20,000 nucleotides of DNA from contig NC_057720.1 of the NCBI RefSeq assembly GCF_004010195.1, positions 30,622,331 through 30,642,330 on the forward strand. The letters run 5' to 3'. Made by a program: the position numbers and the translations under genes. Below, piece by piece: positions 10,948-20,000 of this stretch (within the stretch, counting starts at the first letter, position 1; each line of letters starts with the position of its first letter). The notes under the pieces are model-generated. The model searched no databases. It was not told the DNA's origin and saw only the letters and a program-made list of their open reading frames with translations. Origin of the DNA: Chiloscyllium plagiosum. Lineage: Eukaryota.

Positions 10948-12148
10948 GTCGAAAGGCCGAATCTGCATAGTGGACAGAGTTATTCAGGTTTGCTCTTCTT
11001 TAAAAAGGATTTGGTGTAGTCTCTTTTCTAGTAATAAGTTGCGTGAAATGATGTCCAGGATGGATAGAATATTTATCTTTAATCTCTAAGTTATGTTAAG
11101 GGATGGGTGACATATTTATTTTTTGTTTACTTGTTTACAGTACTATCCTGGCTTTTGGGTGTTTGTTTTTTGCTCGACCACTGGGTGGTCGGTGTATGTG
11201 GCGAGACCCTAGCTGGTAAGAGTTGAGAAGGTGGTTGGGATGGTTAGTAGGGTCGTAGGATGTGTAGGGACCCCCTTTGAATGGGGAGGTAAATTCCTCC
11301 AATCAGTGCCTTTGATGATTTTTTTGTTTATCTGTTTTTGCTGTACATCGTTTTTGTAAGTTTTGTCGAGTTGTTGGCTGTAGATATTTTAGACTGTGTA
11401 GTTTTTGGATTGTGTGGATTCTTTTACATTAAAGCGCAGCGATATGTACTTCGGGTTCTTCCTCTCTGGAGTCTAAATGGTGCTATAGAAGGTAATGGTT
11501 ATGGATGTGTTTAAGTGGTGCACCTGGAATATTAAGAGGAGTCATTCACCTGTCAAGAGGAAGAAGGTATTTTCCATCCTTAAAAGGATGTTGCCTTATT
11601 ATAAGAAACACACTTGGATGATGCAGAGCATTTGAAGCTGCAACAGAATGGCTATGGCCAGGTTTATTTTTAATCTTTCAATACGAGGAGTAGAGGGGTA
11701 GCCGTTTTAGTTAGAAAGAATCTCCCAGTTAAGTTGTTAGAATGCAATAAAAGACACCCATGGGAGATTTGTAATCCTTAAAACTTTGATACATGGTAAA
11801 GAACACGGGAACTTAAATGTTTACTGTCCCCCAGTCCACTCCCTTAAATTCTTGACAGACACACTTGGTAGACTGGTTAACCTTGCATCTCAACACATCA
11901 TCGTAGGAGGGGTTTCCAATTGTCTCATTGACCCTATGGTAGTGATTGCCCAAAGGCCCGCCGATACCTTCTTTGCGATCTCAACAATTCAAAGATTTGT
12001 GTGCTGAATTGGGGTTGGAAGATGTTTGGAGGCAGTTTCACCCTACTGGCAGGGACTTCACATTCTTTTCGAATCCACATAAATGCCATACCAGGATTGA
12101 TCTTTCTCTGACCCCCCGCAGCACACCTGGTCTCGGTGACATCATGTA

Positions 12149-12250
12149 CAGATAGAAGATCCTTTATCTGAAATGCTTGGGACCAGCTGCTTTCAGAATA
12201 TTTCGATTTTCAGAATGTGACAGTTTAATGGTGAATGTTTTAAAAATATT
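12149..12250. mobile_element. Tigger4/MER46-like (TcMar-Tigger) DNA transposon terminal fragment inside L1 ORF2
   Basis: TA|CAGATAGAAGATCCTTTATCTGAAATGCTTGGGACCAG resembles the recalled Tigger4/MER46 end (ATCCCTTATCCGAAATGCTTGGGACCAG), preceded by TA; no second end seen; right boundary approximate. Confidence 0.55.
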
Positions 12251-12445
12251 ACCAGAGAAGCAGACTTCTAAGAACATGCTGGGCCATGTATATTGTCAGG
12301 GCCATGCTCAGTATACTGAATGACCCACATAGTCGTGGCCTCCTCCCACCATCTCTAAGAGAAGCGAATATCTCGCTCATTCTTAACAAAAGGGAAGGCC
12401 CCGGAGGACTGTGCTTCCTGTAGACCCATTTCACTCTTGAATGTC

Positions 12446-12647
12446 AAAGTTAAAAATCTCACAACACCAGGTTATAGTCCAACAGGTTTAATTGGAAGCA
12501 CACTAGCTTTCGGAGTGTCGCTCTTTCATCAGGTGGTAGTCCGAAAGCTAATGTGCTTCCAATTAAACCTGTTGGACTATAACCTGGTGTTGCGTGATTT
12601 TTAACTTTGTACACCCCAGTCCAACACCGGCATCTCCAAATCAAAAA
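12446..12647. mobile_element. Palindromic Penelope-like (inverted pseudo-LTR) insertion with minimal hammerhead core
   Basis: 70-bp arms 12445-12514 / 12540-12609 (3 mismatches); 15-bp TSD TCACTC(T/C)TGAATGTC at 12431-12445 and 12648-12662; removing it restores L1 RPISLLNVDFKILS. Confidence 0.8.
12499..12536 (-). ncRNA. Minimal type I hammerhead ribozyme-like motif (probably degenerate)
   Basis: Minus strand CAC-CUGAUGA-AAGAG-CGACA-CUCC-GAA-AGCU-A-GUG: core boxes, short stem II, palindromic AGCU stem III, CAC/GUG stem I. Confidence 0.6.
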
Positions 12648-12773
12648 TCACTCCTGAATGTCGACTTCAAAATCCTATCTGGCATTAAGGCTAGAAACTG
12701 TACTGCCCTCCATCACTAAGGAGGACCAGATGGGGTTCATAAAAGGTCGCAGATTGACGGGTAATGTCAGGAA

Positions 12774-13070
12774 GGGCGGCACGGTGGCACAGTGGTTAGC
12801 ACTGCTGCCTCGCAGCACCAGGATCCCAGATTTGTTTCCAGCCTCAGGCGACTGTCTGTTTGCACATTCTCCCAGTGTCTGTGTGGGCTTCCTCCAGGTG
12901 CTCCGGTTTCCTCCCACAGTCCAAAGATGTACAGGTCAGGTGAACTGGCCATGCTAAATTGCCCATAGCATTAGTCAGAGGGTAGTGGGTCTGTGTGGGT
13001 TATTCTTCGGAGGATTGGAGTGGACTGGTTGGGCTGAAGGGCCTGTTTCCACACTATAGGGAATCCAATG
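12774..13070 (+). mobile_element. HE1-like tRNA-derived V-SINE inserted in L1 ORF2
   Basis: GGGCGGCACGGTGGCACAGTGGTTAGCACTGCTGCCTC head (A box 12785-12795, degenerate B box), V-domain GGTGCTCCGGTTTCCTCCCACAGTCCAAAGATG, CR1-like tail GGGCTGAAGGGCCTGTTTCCACACT; removal restores GNVRKLLNMIQ. Confidence 0.9.
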
Positions 13071-13096
13071 AAAATTACTTAACATGATCCAAGTAT

Positions 13097-13181
13097 TCTG
13101 GATTAGTGGTGCTGGAAGAGCACAGCAGTTCAGGCAGCATCCGAGGAGCAGTAAAATCGACCTTTCGGGCAAAAGCCCTTC
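13097..13181 (-). mobile_element. Short hammerhead-type (Penelope-like/MER6-like) retroelement fragment inserted in L1 ORF2
   Basis: Minus strand GAUGAAGGGC-UUUU-GCCC-GAAAGGUCGAUU...GCUGCCUGAACUGCUGUGCUCUUCCAGCACC; flanked by 10-bp direct repeat ATCCAAGTAT (13087-13096, 13182-13191). Confidence 0.75.
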
Positions 13182-15699
13182 ATCCAAGTATGTCAACAGC
13201 AATCAGTGTAGGGATTGGTGATCATCTTAGATGCAGAAAAGGCTTTTGACAGGGTCAAGTGACCATATCTTTTTCATACTCTGAAGCGGTTTGGCCTGGG
13301 AGAGACCTTCATCAGGTGGGTGGAGGTTTTGCATAGTGATCCTCTTGCCACAGTCCTCACCAATGGTGTACAATCAAGCAATTTTAATATTTGTAGGGGT
13401 AGTCGACAGGGCTGCCCCTTGTCACTATTACTCTTCACATTGGTGATCGAACCGCTGGCGGAGGCAAGACGTAGGGATCCCAATAGAATCACTCCAGAAG
13501 TGGGACAAAGTCACATAAGCTCGCACTGTATGCAGATGACGTTCCTGTCTTCTTATCAAACTCAACCGTCTTCGAGCCACACCCGATACAATGCATCAAC
13601 CTATTTGGTGGCTTCTCGGGTTATAAGATCAATTTTGCAAAGTTCAGAGGCCATGCCCATGGGTGGTCTCCTGAGAGTGCCTGATCCTGATGGCGGATCT
13701 CGGTTTCCTTTTAGGTGGTCACACTTTATATTTATTACTCCCATTTTTGATCAGCTATTTAAAGCCAGTTTCGCCCATTTATTTGATAGAATCAAGCAGG
13801 GCCTTTGTAGATGGGAGGCACTTCCGATCTCTTGGTTAGGTCGAATAGCGCTCGTTAAAACAAACATTTTACCCCGCCTATTGTATCCTGCGCAAATGCT
13901 TCCTCTGCTTTTTACTAAACAAACATTTAGAAGACTGTGCGGCTGGTTTAGTTCTTTTATTTGGTATTGCGAGCAGCCCTTAATTGAATTGGCTAAATTA
14001 CAGTTACCTTACAGATTGGGAGGAGTGGGCCTCCCAGAGATCAAAAACTTTCAGGGGGTTAAGCTCGTTGCAATTTTACGGAAATGACTGGGCACGGGGG
14101 AATCCTCACTCACTTTGGTTGGACATCGAAGCATCTCAGGCGAGATGCCCGCATATTATCCTGCTTAGACAAAATGAGAGACTAGTGCTCTAGCTCACTA
14201 GTCATCAATACTGTCAAGGCTTGCGGGGGAATGTGCAGGGTGAGGGCAACATTACCAAAACATCATTTTTGACACTCATAGTTGGTACGCCAGACTTTTA
14301 GCCAGGGATCATGGACTCCGGGTTTAAACTATGGGCAGCTAGGGGCATGTCTTGCCTGGATGATTTATTTGAAGGGGACACATTGATGCCCTTTGACCAG
14401 TTGGCTCGGAAGTATGAATTGCCCAGTAGGGACCTCTTTTGTTTCTTTCAAATTAGAAACTTCACACAAAAAGAGACTACACTTCTATATGATCCTTATA
14501 GGTCCAACATGGAGAAGAGGGCATTGAGTGCTGAGGATACATGATCTGTTAACAACGCTAATCATCTATTAGGAGGGGGCCCCTTGGACTAGACCGAACG
14601 TCTGTGTAAGGTCTGGGAGAGGGAGTTGGACGTTGAGACCTCTTCTGAAATCTGGAAGGATATCTGGGAAAATGCAAGAAGAATCTCAATTTGCAACAGG
14701 ACCCACGCCTTGCAATTGAAGATTCTCCACAGAGTCCATCTGGCCCCAGACCAATTCCCTAAATTTAAAGTGGGAGCATCTCCAATGTGTCCTAAATGTA
14801 AAGTGAGCATGGCACACTTATTCATTGCCTTTGGTCCTGCCACAGACTGCGGGCATACTGGAGTGCTGTGGTAGGCGAAATAGAGAAGTCCTTGGAGACA
14901 GAGGTGGAGAGGGACCCGGTATCTCTTCTGCCTGGCTTTGTTAATTCACTTTCATTAGATACACACAAAAAAAAGGCTTTTCAGTATCCTCACTTTTTGT
15001 GCCAGAAAGAAAATTCTGTCAGGGTGGGTGTTGGAAAATCCCCCAGGGTTGGCGGGCAGGCGTTAGCTAGTCATGGAGCACATCCCCTTGGACTTTCTTA
15101 CGAGTATGGTGCACCATAAAACTGAAAATTTCTATAAGACGTGGCTGCCCTTTTTGGACTACCTGGGTACAGATTTGCCCACTATACTAATAAGAGACTT
15201 TACATAGCCATGGCAATGCTATGTAATGAACCCGGAGGGGAGGAACTACGAACATATGAATGGGTACAAACTTTTGCGCTCGATGATCGAGGGCTATTGC
15301 TTTGTTTTGCCGAGCCGTTTTATGGATATCATCACCAATATTACTGTTAAGACTTATCTTTATTAGCTCAGTTATTAGTTACTATTTATTTATGTAATTA
15401 GCAGGTTTGTTTTTTAATATTAGTTTGGTTTTGTATTTGTTGTAATTGTCAAAAGAAAACAAAAATCATCTTTTAAAATAAAAATATATTTAAAAAAAGA
15501 CAGGTGATCTTAGCTGGAATTGCAGAAGTACAAATGGCTAAAGCTACCTCAGGAAAAGGCCAGAGGTAAAACAATAGCCTTCCAATAGGGCGATTAAAAA
15601 AAATGCACCAGTAAACTTTGGGTTTGACTTTTGTCACTATTGCTTGACAATTCTGGCAATGCTTTCTGTATGTGGCACAACACTGAAACAACTTTACTG

Positions 15700-16748
15700 T
15701 ATGGTTTGCATTGAAACAGGCCTAGTCAAAATTATACTTGACATCCTGCGTGTTTGTGACTATGTTGTGTCATACCTCCTCCAGCTTTTGACTACAACAC
15801 CATCCTGCAATTGTCCTGCTGGGCTGAAATGCCCTTGTTTGTTTTCAAGTCCTCCTTAACTATGCGCAGCAACAAGATCTCAAGCAATGGCTTTTCTTCT
15901 CAGCTTGTTACTTCTGGATTACTCTCAATAACCCTTCCTATTTTCATCATTTACATGCTGCTCTTCAATCAACCTTGACATTTTTTTCTATCAACCTTGC
16001 ATCTGTATGGTGTGGCTGCTTGTCTAATGTCTAGTATTGACTGACAAAGAATTTCCTGCTGCTAAACATAGGAAAGGCTGAAAGTAGCGTTTTAATTTCT
16101 GCCATAAAATTTTTAAATTTGATAATGACTCCATTTCCCTGATCAGCAATCGTCTCAGGATGAATTCATTTGGTTGCTTCAAATTAAGTTTCTGACTGCA
16201 AAGTTTCTTCTGTCTTTATGCAACTCCACATTTCATTAAGCTGGCCTTGGTTCAACTGTTGTTGTATCCTTTATCCATGCCATTGTTACTTTCATACATG
16301 GCAATACCAATGCTCTCGGCTGCTAATCCACCTTTGGTAAACATCAGCTCATCCCAAACACAGCTATCTATATTCCCTTAAAGGCCTAATTTAAAATACT
16401 GATTTTATGCTTACAAGACTTTATAGCCTTGACCCTCCAGATCTCTGAGACCTGGTGCAGCTTAAAAGTCTCCTACCCAATGAAATGAAATACAATCTGG
16501 CCTTTTTAATCATCCATCCTTCCATTTGACAAATCACTGGAGGCGGTGCTTTTACCTAATGGCTGCAGGCTCCAAAATTCCTTTCCAAAATTCATGCACT
16601 TCTCCAGATTCCTTTTGTTATTTAAGAACCACCTTAAAATTTAGCTTGTTGACTTAGATCAAAGTCTGCTATTGTCCAATTACAGCTCTATGAAGACCTT
16701 GAGATGTACTTCTTGGTTAAAAGTGCTATACAAATGAAAGTTGATATT
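15700..16748 (+). mobile_element. Old, heavily decayed L2-clade LINE fragment
   Basis: ETGLVKIILDIL (cf. ETALVKVTNDIL), IHAIVT...NAL, FKIL, GGGAF remnants; 3' tail GCTCTATGAAGACCTTGAGATG...TTAAAAGTGCTATACAAATGAAAGTTG. Confidence 0.7.
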
Positions 16749-17027
16749 GCTGATAGAGACACAGATGGTTACCACAGAAAGCTGTTGGGGGCCAGTTTGT
16801 TAGATAGTTTGTTAGGGAGCTGGATGTGGCCCTTGCAGCTAAAGGGATCGGGGAGTATGGATAGAAAGCAGGAATGGGATACTCCTGGTTTCTATGATGT
16901 ATATGGGGAATAAGCCAATAACAAAGGCACTAGAGAGTTATCAGTGTTACAAAACGACACGGGAAGTAACATTTAGCACAAAGATTGATCAGGGTGAGGG
17001 AAATGAAGACAAGTACAAAAGTTGTAC

Positions 17028-17094
17028 CTAGCAGTCCTTTTTCTGATTCAAAGGCAAACTTCAGGCGACGAGATTGCAATGGATCTTCAATGAC
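17028..17094 (-). CDS. USP24: USP24 coding exon (VIEDPLQSRRLKFAFESEKGLL+G)
   Basis: atcaag|GTCATT...CTGCTAG|gtacaa; 67 nt, phase 0/1; inside ORF 16930..17136. Confidence 0.93.
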
Positions 17095-17719
17095 CTTGAT
17101 AAAAGTTGAAAGGAGAAAAACAGAATATGTTATCAATGAATACTTTCGCCATATCGACTCCTTGCCTCAGGTTATGTGGGCTCCTGGTGCAATCTGCCAG
17201 TTGGCTACATGAAAGTTAAAATTTATTTTCTGTACTGCCAACAAGCCAGCCTGCTGTTAGTTATTCAAAACATTACAAATATAAAACCACAATTTGTGTT
17301 GAGAATAATAATTAATTTCTTGTGAAATGTTTTTTGCTCCTTTCTTTTGTTCCACTTCTTCCTTCCCAGACAGCCTGCTCCAAACCCTGTCAGTACTACT
17401 TTGAAATAACAGGTATACACTAACCAAAGGTTTCACTTTCTTAAAGGTAGTTATGAGACTGTTTTGGGGGCCAAGTCTTTTCCTCAATCTGTCTGCACTT
17501 AAACTCTGATATTTTTGGTGTGCAGTGAGTTCCAACGATGGAACATCGAAAGAACGAACTTTATCATCAGTAAACAAAAGGAACATGAAGTCCACTTTGA
17601 CCACTAGCATTCTCTCAACCGCTTTTAACACCAATGAATCATTCCATCTCTGGCCTATTCATTTTTTACTTCTTTGCACTGACTCTATAAATGGTAATGG
17701 TTAGAATACTCTCACTTAC

Positions 17720-17785
17720 CAGAATTTCATGCAGTAACTGGAAAATGTTCTTCAGTTCATGAGGTGGAGCGGTCTCCAACTGACT
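17720..17785 (-). CDS. USP24: USP24 coding exon (SQLETAPPHELKNIFQLLHEIL)
   Basis: tttcctttttgacag|AGTCAG...ATTCTG|gtaagt; 66 nt, phase 0/0. Confidence 0.95.
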
Positions 17786-18079
17786 CTGTCAAAAAGGAAA
17801 TTGGTATAATCGGCATGATTTAAAAGTCAAGGAAGACTGAAACCTGACAATTCTCCAGTGACTTTTCTTTTTAAGGCTCCTAATAAGCTTAGTGAAGTAG
17901 CTGAATAAGCAATCTGCTCAAGAATTAGAATTTTAAGTTTGGGCCATTTGATTTCTAACACACAGCTAAGTAATTGTGTCACAATGAGAACATGGTATTT
18001 TAATCTCCAACATTGAAGATGAAAGTTTGCCTATCCTGATAGGATCTAAATCAGTCAAAGTCATGAAAATTTCTGTCAC

Positions 18080-18515
18080 GAATATATAAATATGGAACAA
18101 AAGGTCATTTGGCCCCTCGTGTCTGCTTCACTTTTCAATAATGTCATGGCTGATCAGACATTTGTTCTCACCTACCCCAATAATTTTTGATTCCCTTCCC
18201 TAACAAGAATCCATCTTCTGTGCCTTATAAATATTCAATGACTTCACCTCTATTGTGTTCTGAGGCAGAGTTCTAAAGTCTCACAAACATCAGAGAAAAA
18301 AGATTTCCTCATTTATGCTCTGAAAGAGTGACGCTGAACTTTTAAAGTTCTCCCTAGTTGTGGACTAGCTCAAACAACCTTTCCACATCCACCTTGTCAA
18401 GACATCTCAGCATCTTGTATACTTCAATCAATTTGTCACTAGCTGTTTCAGTTGGTCCAACCTTTCCTCATATCACAACCTGCTCATGTCAAGTATCAAT
18501 CCAATAAACCTTCTT
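18080..18515 (-). mobile_element. Old CR1-clade LINE 3' fragment
   Basis: Plus strand GGTCATTTGGCCCCTCGTGTCTGCTTCAC...CAATAATGTCATGGCTGATC...GAGGCAGAGTTCTAAAG...CAACCTTTCCTCATA, the reverse complement of a typical CR1 3' end. Confidence 0.7.
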
Positions 18516-18599
18516 CTAATAATTATAGAATAGATAGGAATCCACAACACAAAGCTGCATACAATTAGGCAGAATCATGTGGGTAGCTACTCAGGCTTA

Positions 18600-18860
18600 A
18601 CTCATTACCCAGTGGTAGCAGTCTGCCTAAATTAGGAACATATGGGATTAAGTCCTACTGCAGAGATAAACTCATAGTTTAGGGTAATACTTCATGCAAT
18701 GCTGAAGGAGTGTAACATGAAGGTTAAATAGAGCTATGTCTGGCCCCTTTTGGATTGTAAAATATCCCATAGCATTACTGAATAGCAACAAGGGATATTT
18801 CATGGTGCCCTGACAAATATTTACCCCAAAACAAACATCACTAAAGAAACTATGATGCTT
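18600..18860 (+). mobile_element. Decayed DeuSINE (SacSINE1/AmnSINE-related)
   Basis: GTAAAATATCCCATAGCATTAC...GGTGCCCTGACAAATATTTACCCCAAAACAAACATCACTAAA resembles the recalled Deu-domain consensus; tRNA-like head remnant near 18600-18660. Confidence 0.65.
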
Positions 18861-19103
18861 ACTCGTAATTAACTAATACATTATTTCACAACCCTGCCAC
18901 TTGAGTATTGCTATTGCCACTTGTCTATTGCAAGGGAAGCCACCATGTATATTCTGTTCCAATGTAGAGAATTTTTTGCTGTTAGATTACATGATTTAAA
19001 GATGTTCCATTTTGAATCACAGATATCCTTTCCTCTCTTGTGTAACAGAAGCAAAATAAAATGCTGAAAGAACAAATGCTCTTTCCAAAGGCATGTAATT
19101 TAC

Positions 19104-19220
19104 CTTAATTATCTGTAGGACTTGCACCAAGGAGAACTGTTCATTGCAGAAACAGCAGTAAGTCACCATATCAGAGATGACTGACAAAGATCCGGTCAGC
19201 TCTCGCATAGCATACATAAC
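19104..19220 (-). CDS. USP24: USP24 coding exon (VMYAMRELTGSLSVISDMVTYCCFCNEQFSLVQVLQIIK)
   Basis: cttaag|GTTATG...ATTAAG|gtaaat; 117 nt, inside ORF 19017..19235; resembles recalled USP24 VMFALRELTGSL...YCCFCNEHFS. Confidence 0.93.
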
Positions 19221-19602
19221 CTTAAGCAATCGCAAATCACCAATTAATTAAACACTTTTCATATTCTTCCAACTTACTACAAATTACACGGAACAATGTC
19301 TTATACTTCCTTTTCCTGTTGCATGAATTTTATCATCCCCTTTGATCCATTCATCAAGGAATTTGCACTTTATAATTGGAAAGGCATGAATGTCCTTGTG
19401 TATCAAGGCTTTAAGATGATGCATATCCCAAATAATAGGGACTGCAGAATGTTGTTTTGACATTCATCATCTACGTCTGCCTTCCTTCTCTACTTTTTTA
19501 GATATACACATACTAACCAATTTAAATATCAATTAACTTCCATATAGTGTCCTATCATAAAGTGTAGGCTGCAATAATTCCTTAAGAGAATAAAATAAAT
19601 AC

Positions 19603-19703
19603 CTCAAGCAGGTAAACCTGTCCTTCAGGTCTGAACAGCGTTTCCACATCTTGATGCAAAGGTACCTGTGGGGTTGGCATATGCCATTTATATGGTCCAG
19701 GAT
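19603..19703 (-). CDS. USP24: USP24 coding exon ((D)PGPYKWHMPTPQVPLHQDVETLFRPEGQVYLLE), first exon visible in the window
   Basis: Minus strand tttttgttcaag|ATCCTGG...CTTGAG|gtattt; 101 nt = 2 nt + 33 codons; resembles recalled human USP24 ...PLHEEVEALLFMSEGKPYLLE; phase-0 join to next exon. Confidence 0.85.
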
Positions 19704-20000
19704 CTTGAACAAAAAAACATTTTCTTAGTAAACATAAATCCTTTAGTTCTCAAACATCAAGCATACAGCAAGTGAAAAACAGAATAACTTATTTTTAATG
19801 AAGAATTTGCACTCAATATTGAAGTATCCACATTTGGAGCAGTTGCCATTTAACTTAGAAAAGCAAGTTAGTAAAACCTGTGTATTTATGATTTCTGGCA
19901 TTGAGAGTTTTTCAGTTTAGTTAGATCAGGAAATAACTCAGGGCAGCGTTGGATGGGGATGGGGGGGTAATTTGGGGGGCAGGGGCAGTGCTGTACAGGG

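Larger units (their letters stand above)
11495..15206 (+). pseudogene. L1 ORF2 remnant (APE endonuclease, reverse transcriptase, C-terminal Cys-rich domain)
   Basis: WNIKRSHSPVKRKKV, ETHL, SRGVAVL, NVYCP, DVWR..FTFFSNPHKCHTRID; RPISLLNV, GFIKGR, LDAEKAFDRV, RGSRQGCPLS, HKLALYADDV; LKILHR...CPKCK; many stops and frameshifts; end position approximate. Confidence 0.92.
9849..15498 (+). mobile_element. Decayed L1 (LINE-1) retrotransposon, 5'UTR to A-rich tail, antisense to USP24
   Basis: 5' GGGAGGATCCAAGATAGCAGCG (decayed CAAGATGGCGGCG-type start), ORF1 remnant, about 550-bp inter-ORF spacer, ORF2 remnant, AATAAA 15477-15482 and A-run; possible decayed TSD GATAGATGGATCTT (9835-9848) / GACAGGTGATCTT (15499-15511). 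Confidence 0.92.

Noticed and set aside
12445..12609. pre-miRNA, CRISPR repeat or terminator hairpin
   Set aside because: Flanked by a TSD, interrupts L1 ORF2 and resembles a Penelope-like repeat; no spacer array; eukaryotic context
12774..12850. tRNA gene
   Set aside because: tRNA-derived SINE head with a degenerate B box, continuing into a V-domain and LINE-like tail
13320..14087. 255-aa ORF as an intact reverse transcriptase or novel gene
   Set aside because: It is a frameshifted L1 ORF2 piece: YADD lies in another frame and stops flank it
17257..17634. 125-aa minus-strand ORF as an extra USP24 exon
   Set aside because: The flanking exons already join in frame (...HEIL|VIEDP...) and the ORF has no USP24 similarity
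19603..19665. Shorter exon using the internal acceptor ccccacag|GTACCT
   Set aside because: The upstream acceptor at 19703 keeps the frame open and matches the recalled USP24 PG-x-x-K segment; the preceding exon is outside the window, so this is not fully excluded
3631..19703. USP9X/USP9Y instead of USP24
   Set aside because: DTLAYATALLNEKEQSGSSNGS and the terminal GSESPMM...DLD..DP match my recollection of USP24, not USP9

Overview
Eukaryotic (vertebrate) genomic DNA; the repeat families (HE1-like V-SINE, CR1, DeuSINE, Penelope-like fragments) point to a cartilaginous fish, probably a shark (inference). The window holds the last nine coding exons of USP24 on the minus strand. All have GT-AG boundaries and consistent phases, and the protein ends GSESPMMLGDSKSDLDEMDP* at 3631, followed by a probable long 3'UTR. 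The 8.4-kb intron (8666-17027) contains a decayed, apparently full-span L1 (about 9849-15498, antisense to USP24). That L1 has a 135-bp inverted duplication in ORF1 and four nested insertions within about 1 kb of ORF2: a Tigger4-like end, a palindromic Penelope-like element with a minimal hammerhead core, an HE1-like SINE, and a second hammerhead-type fragment. No new protein-coding system is evident. The best leads are (1) a candidate 38-nt stop-containing cassette exon in the last intron, with two mutually exclusive perfect hairpins just upstream of its acceptor, and (2) the hammerhead-bearing inserts in the pre-mRNA sense. Family and ortholog assignments come from recalled sequences, not database searches.
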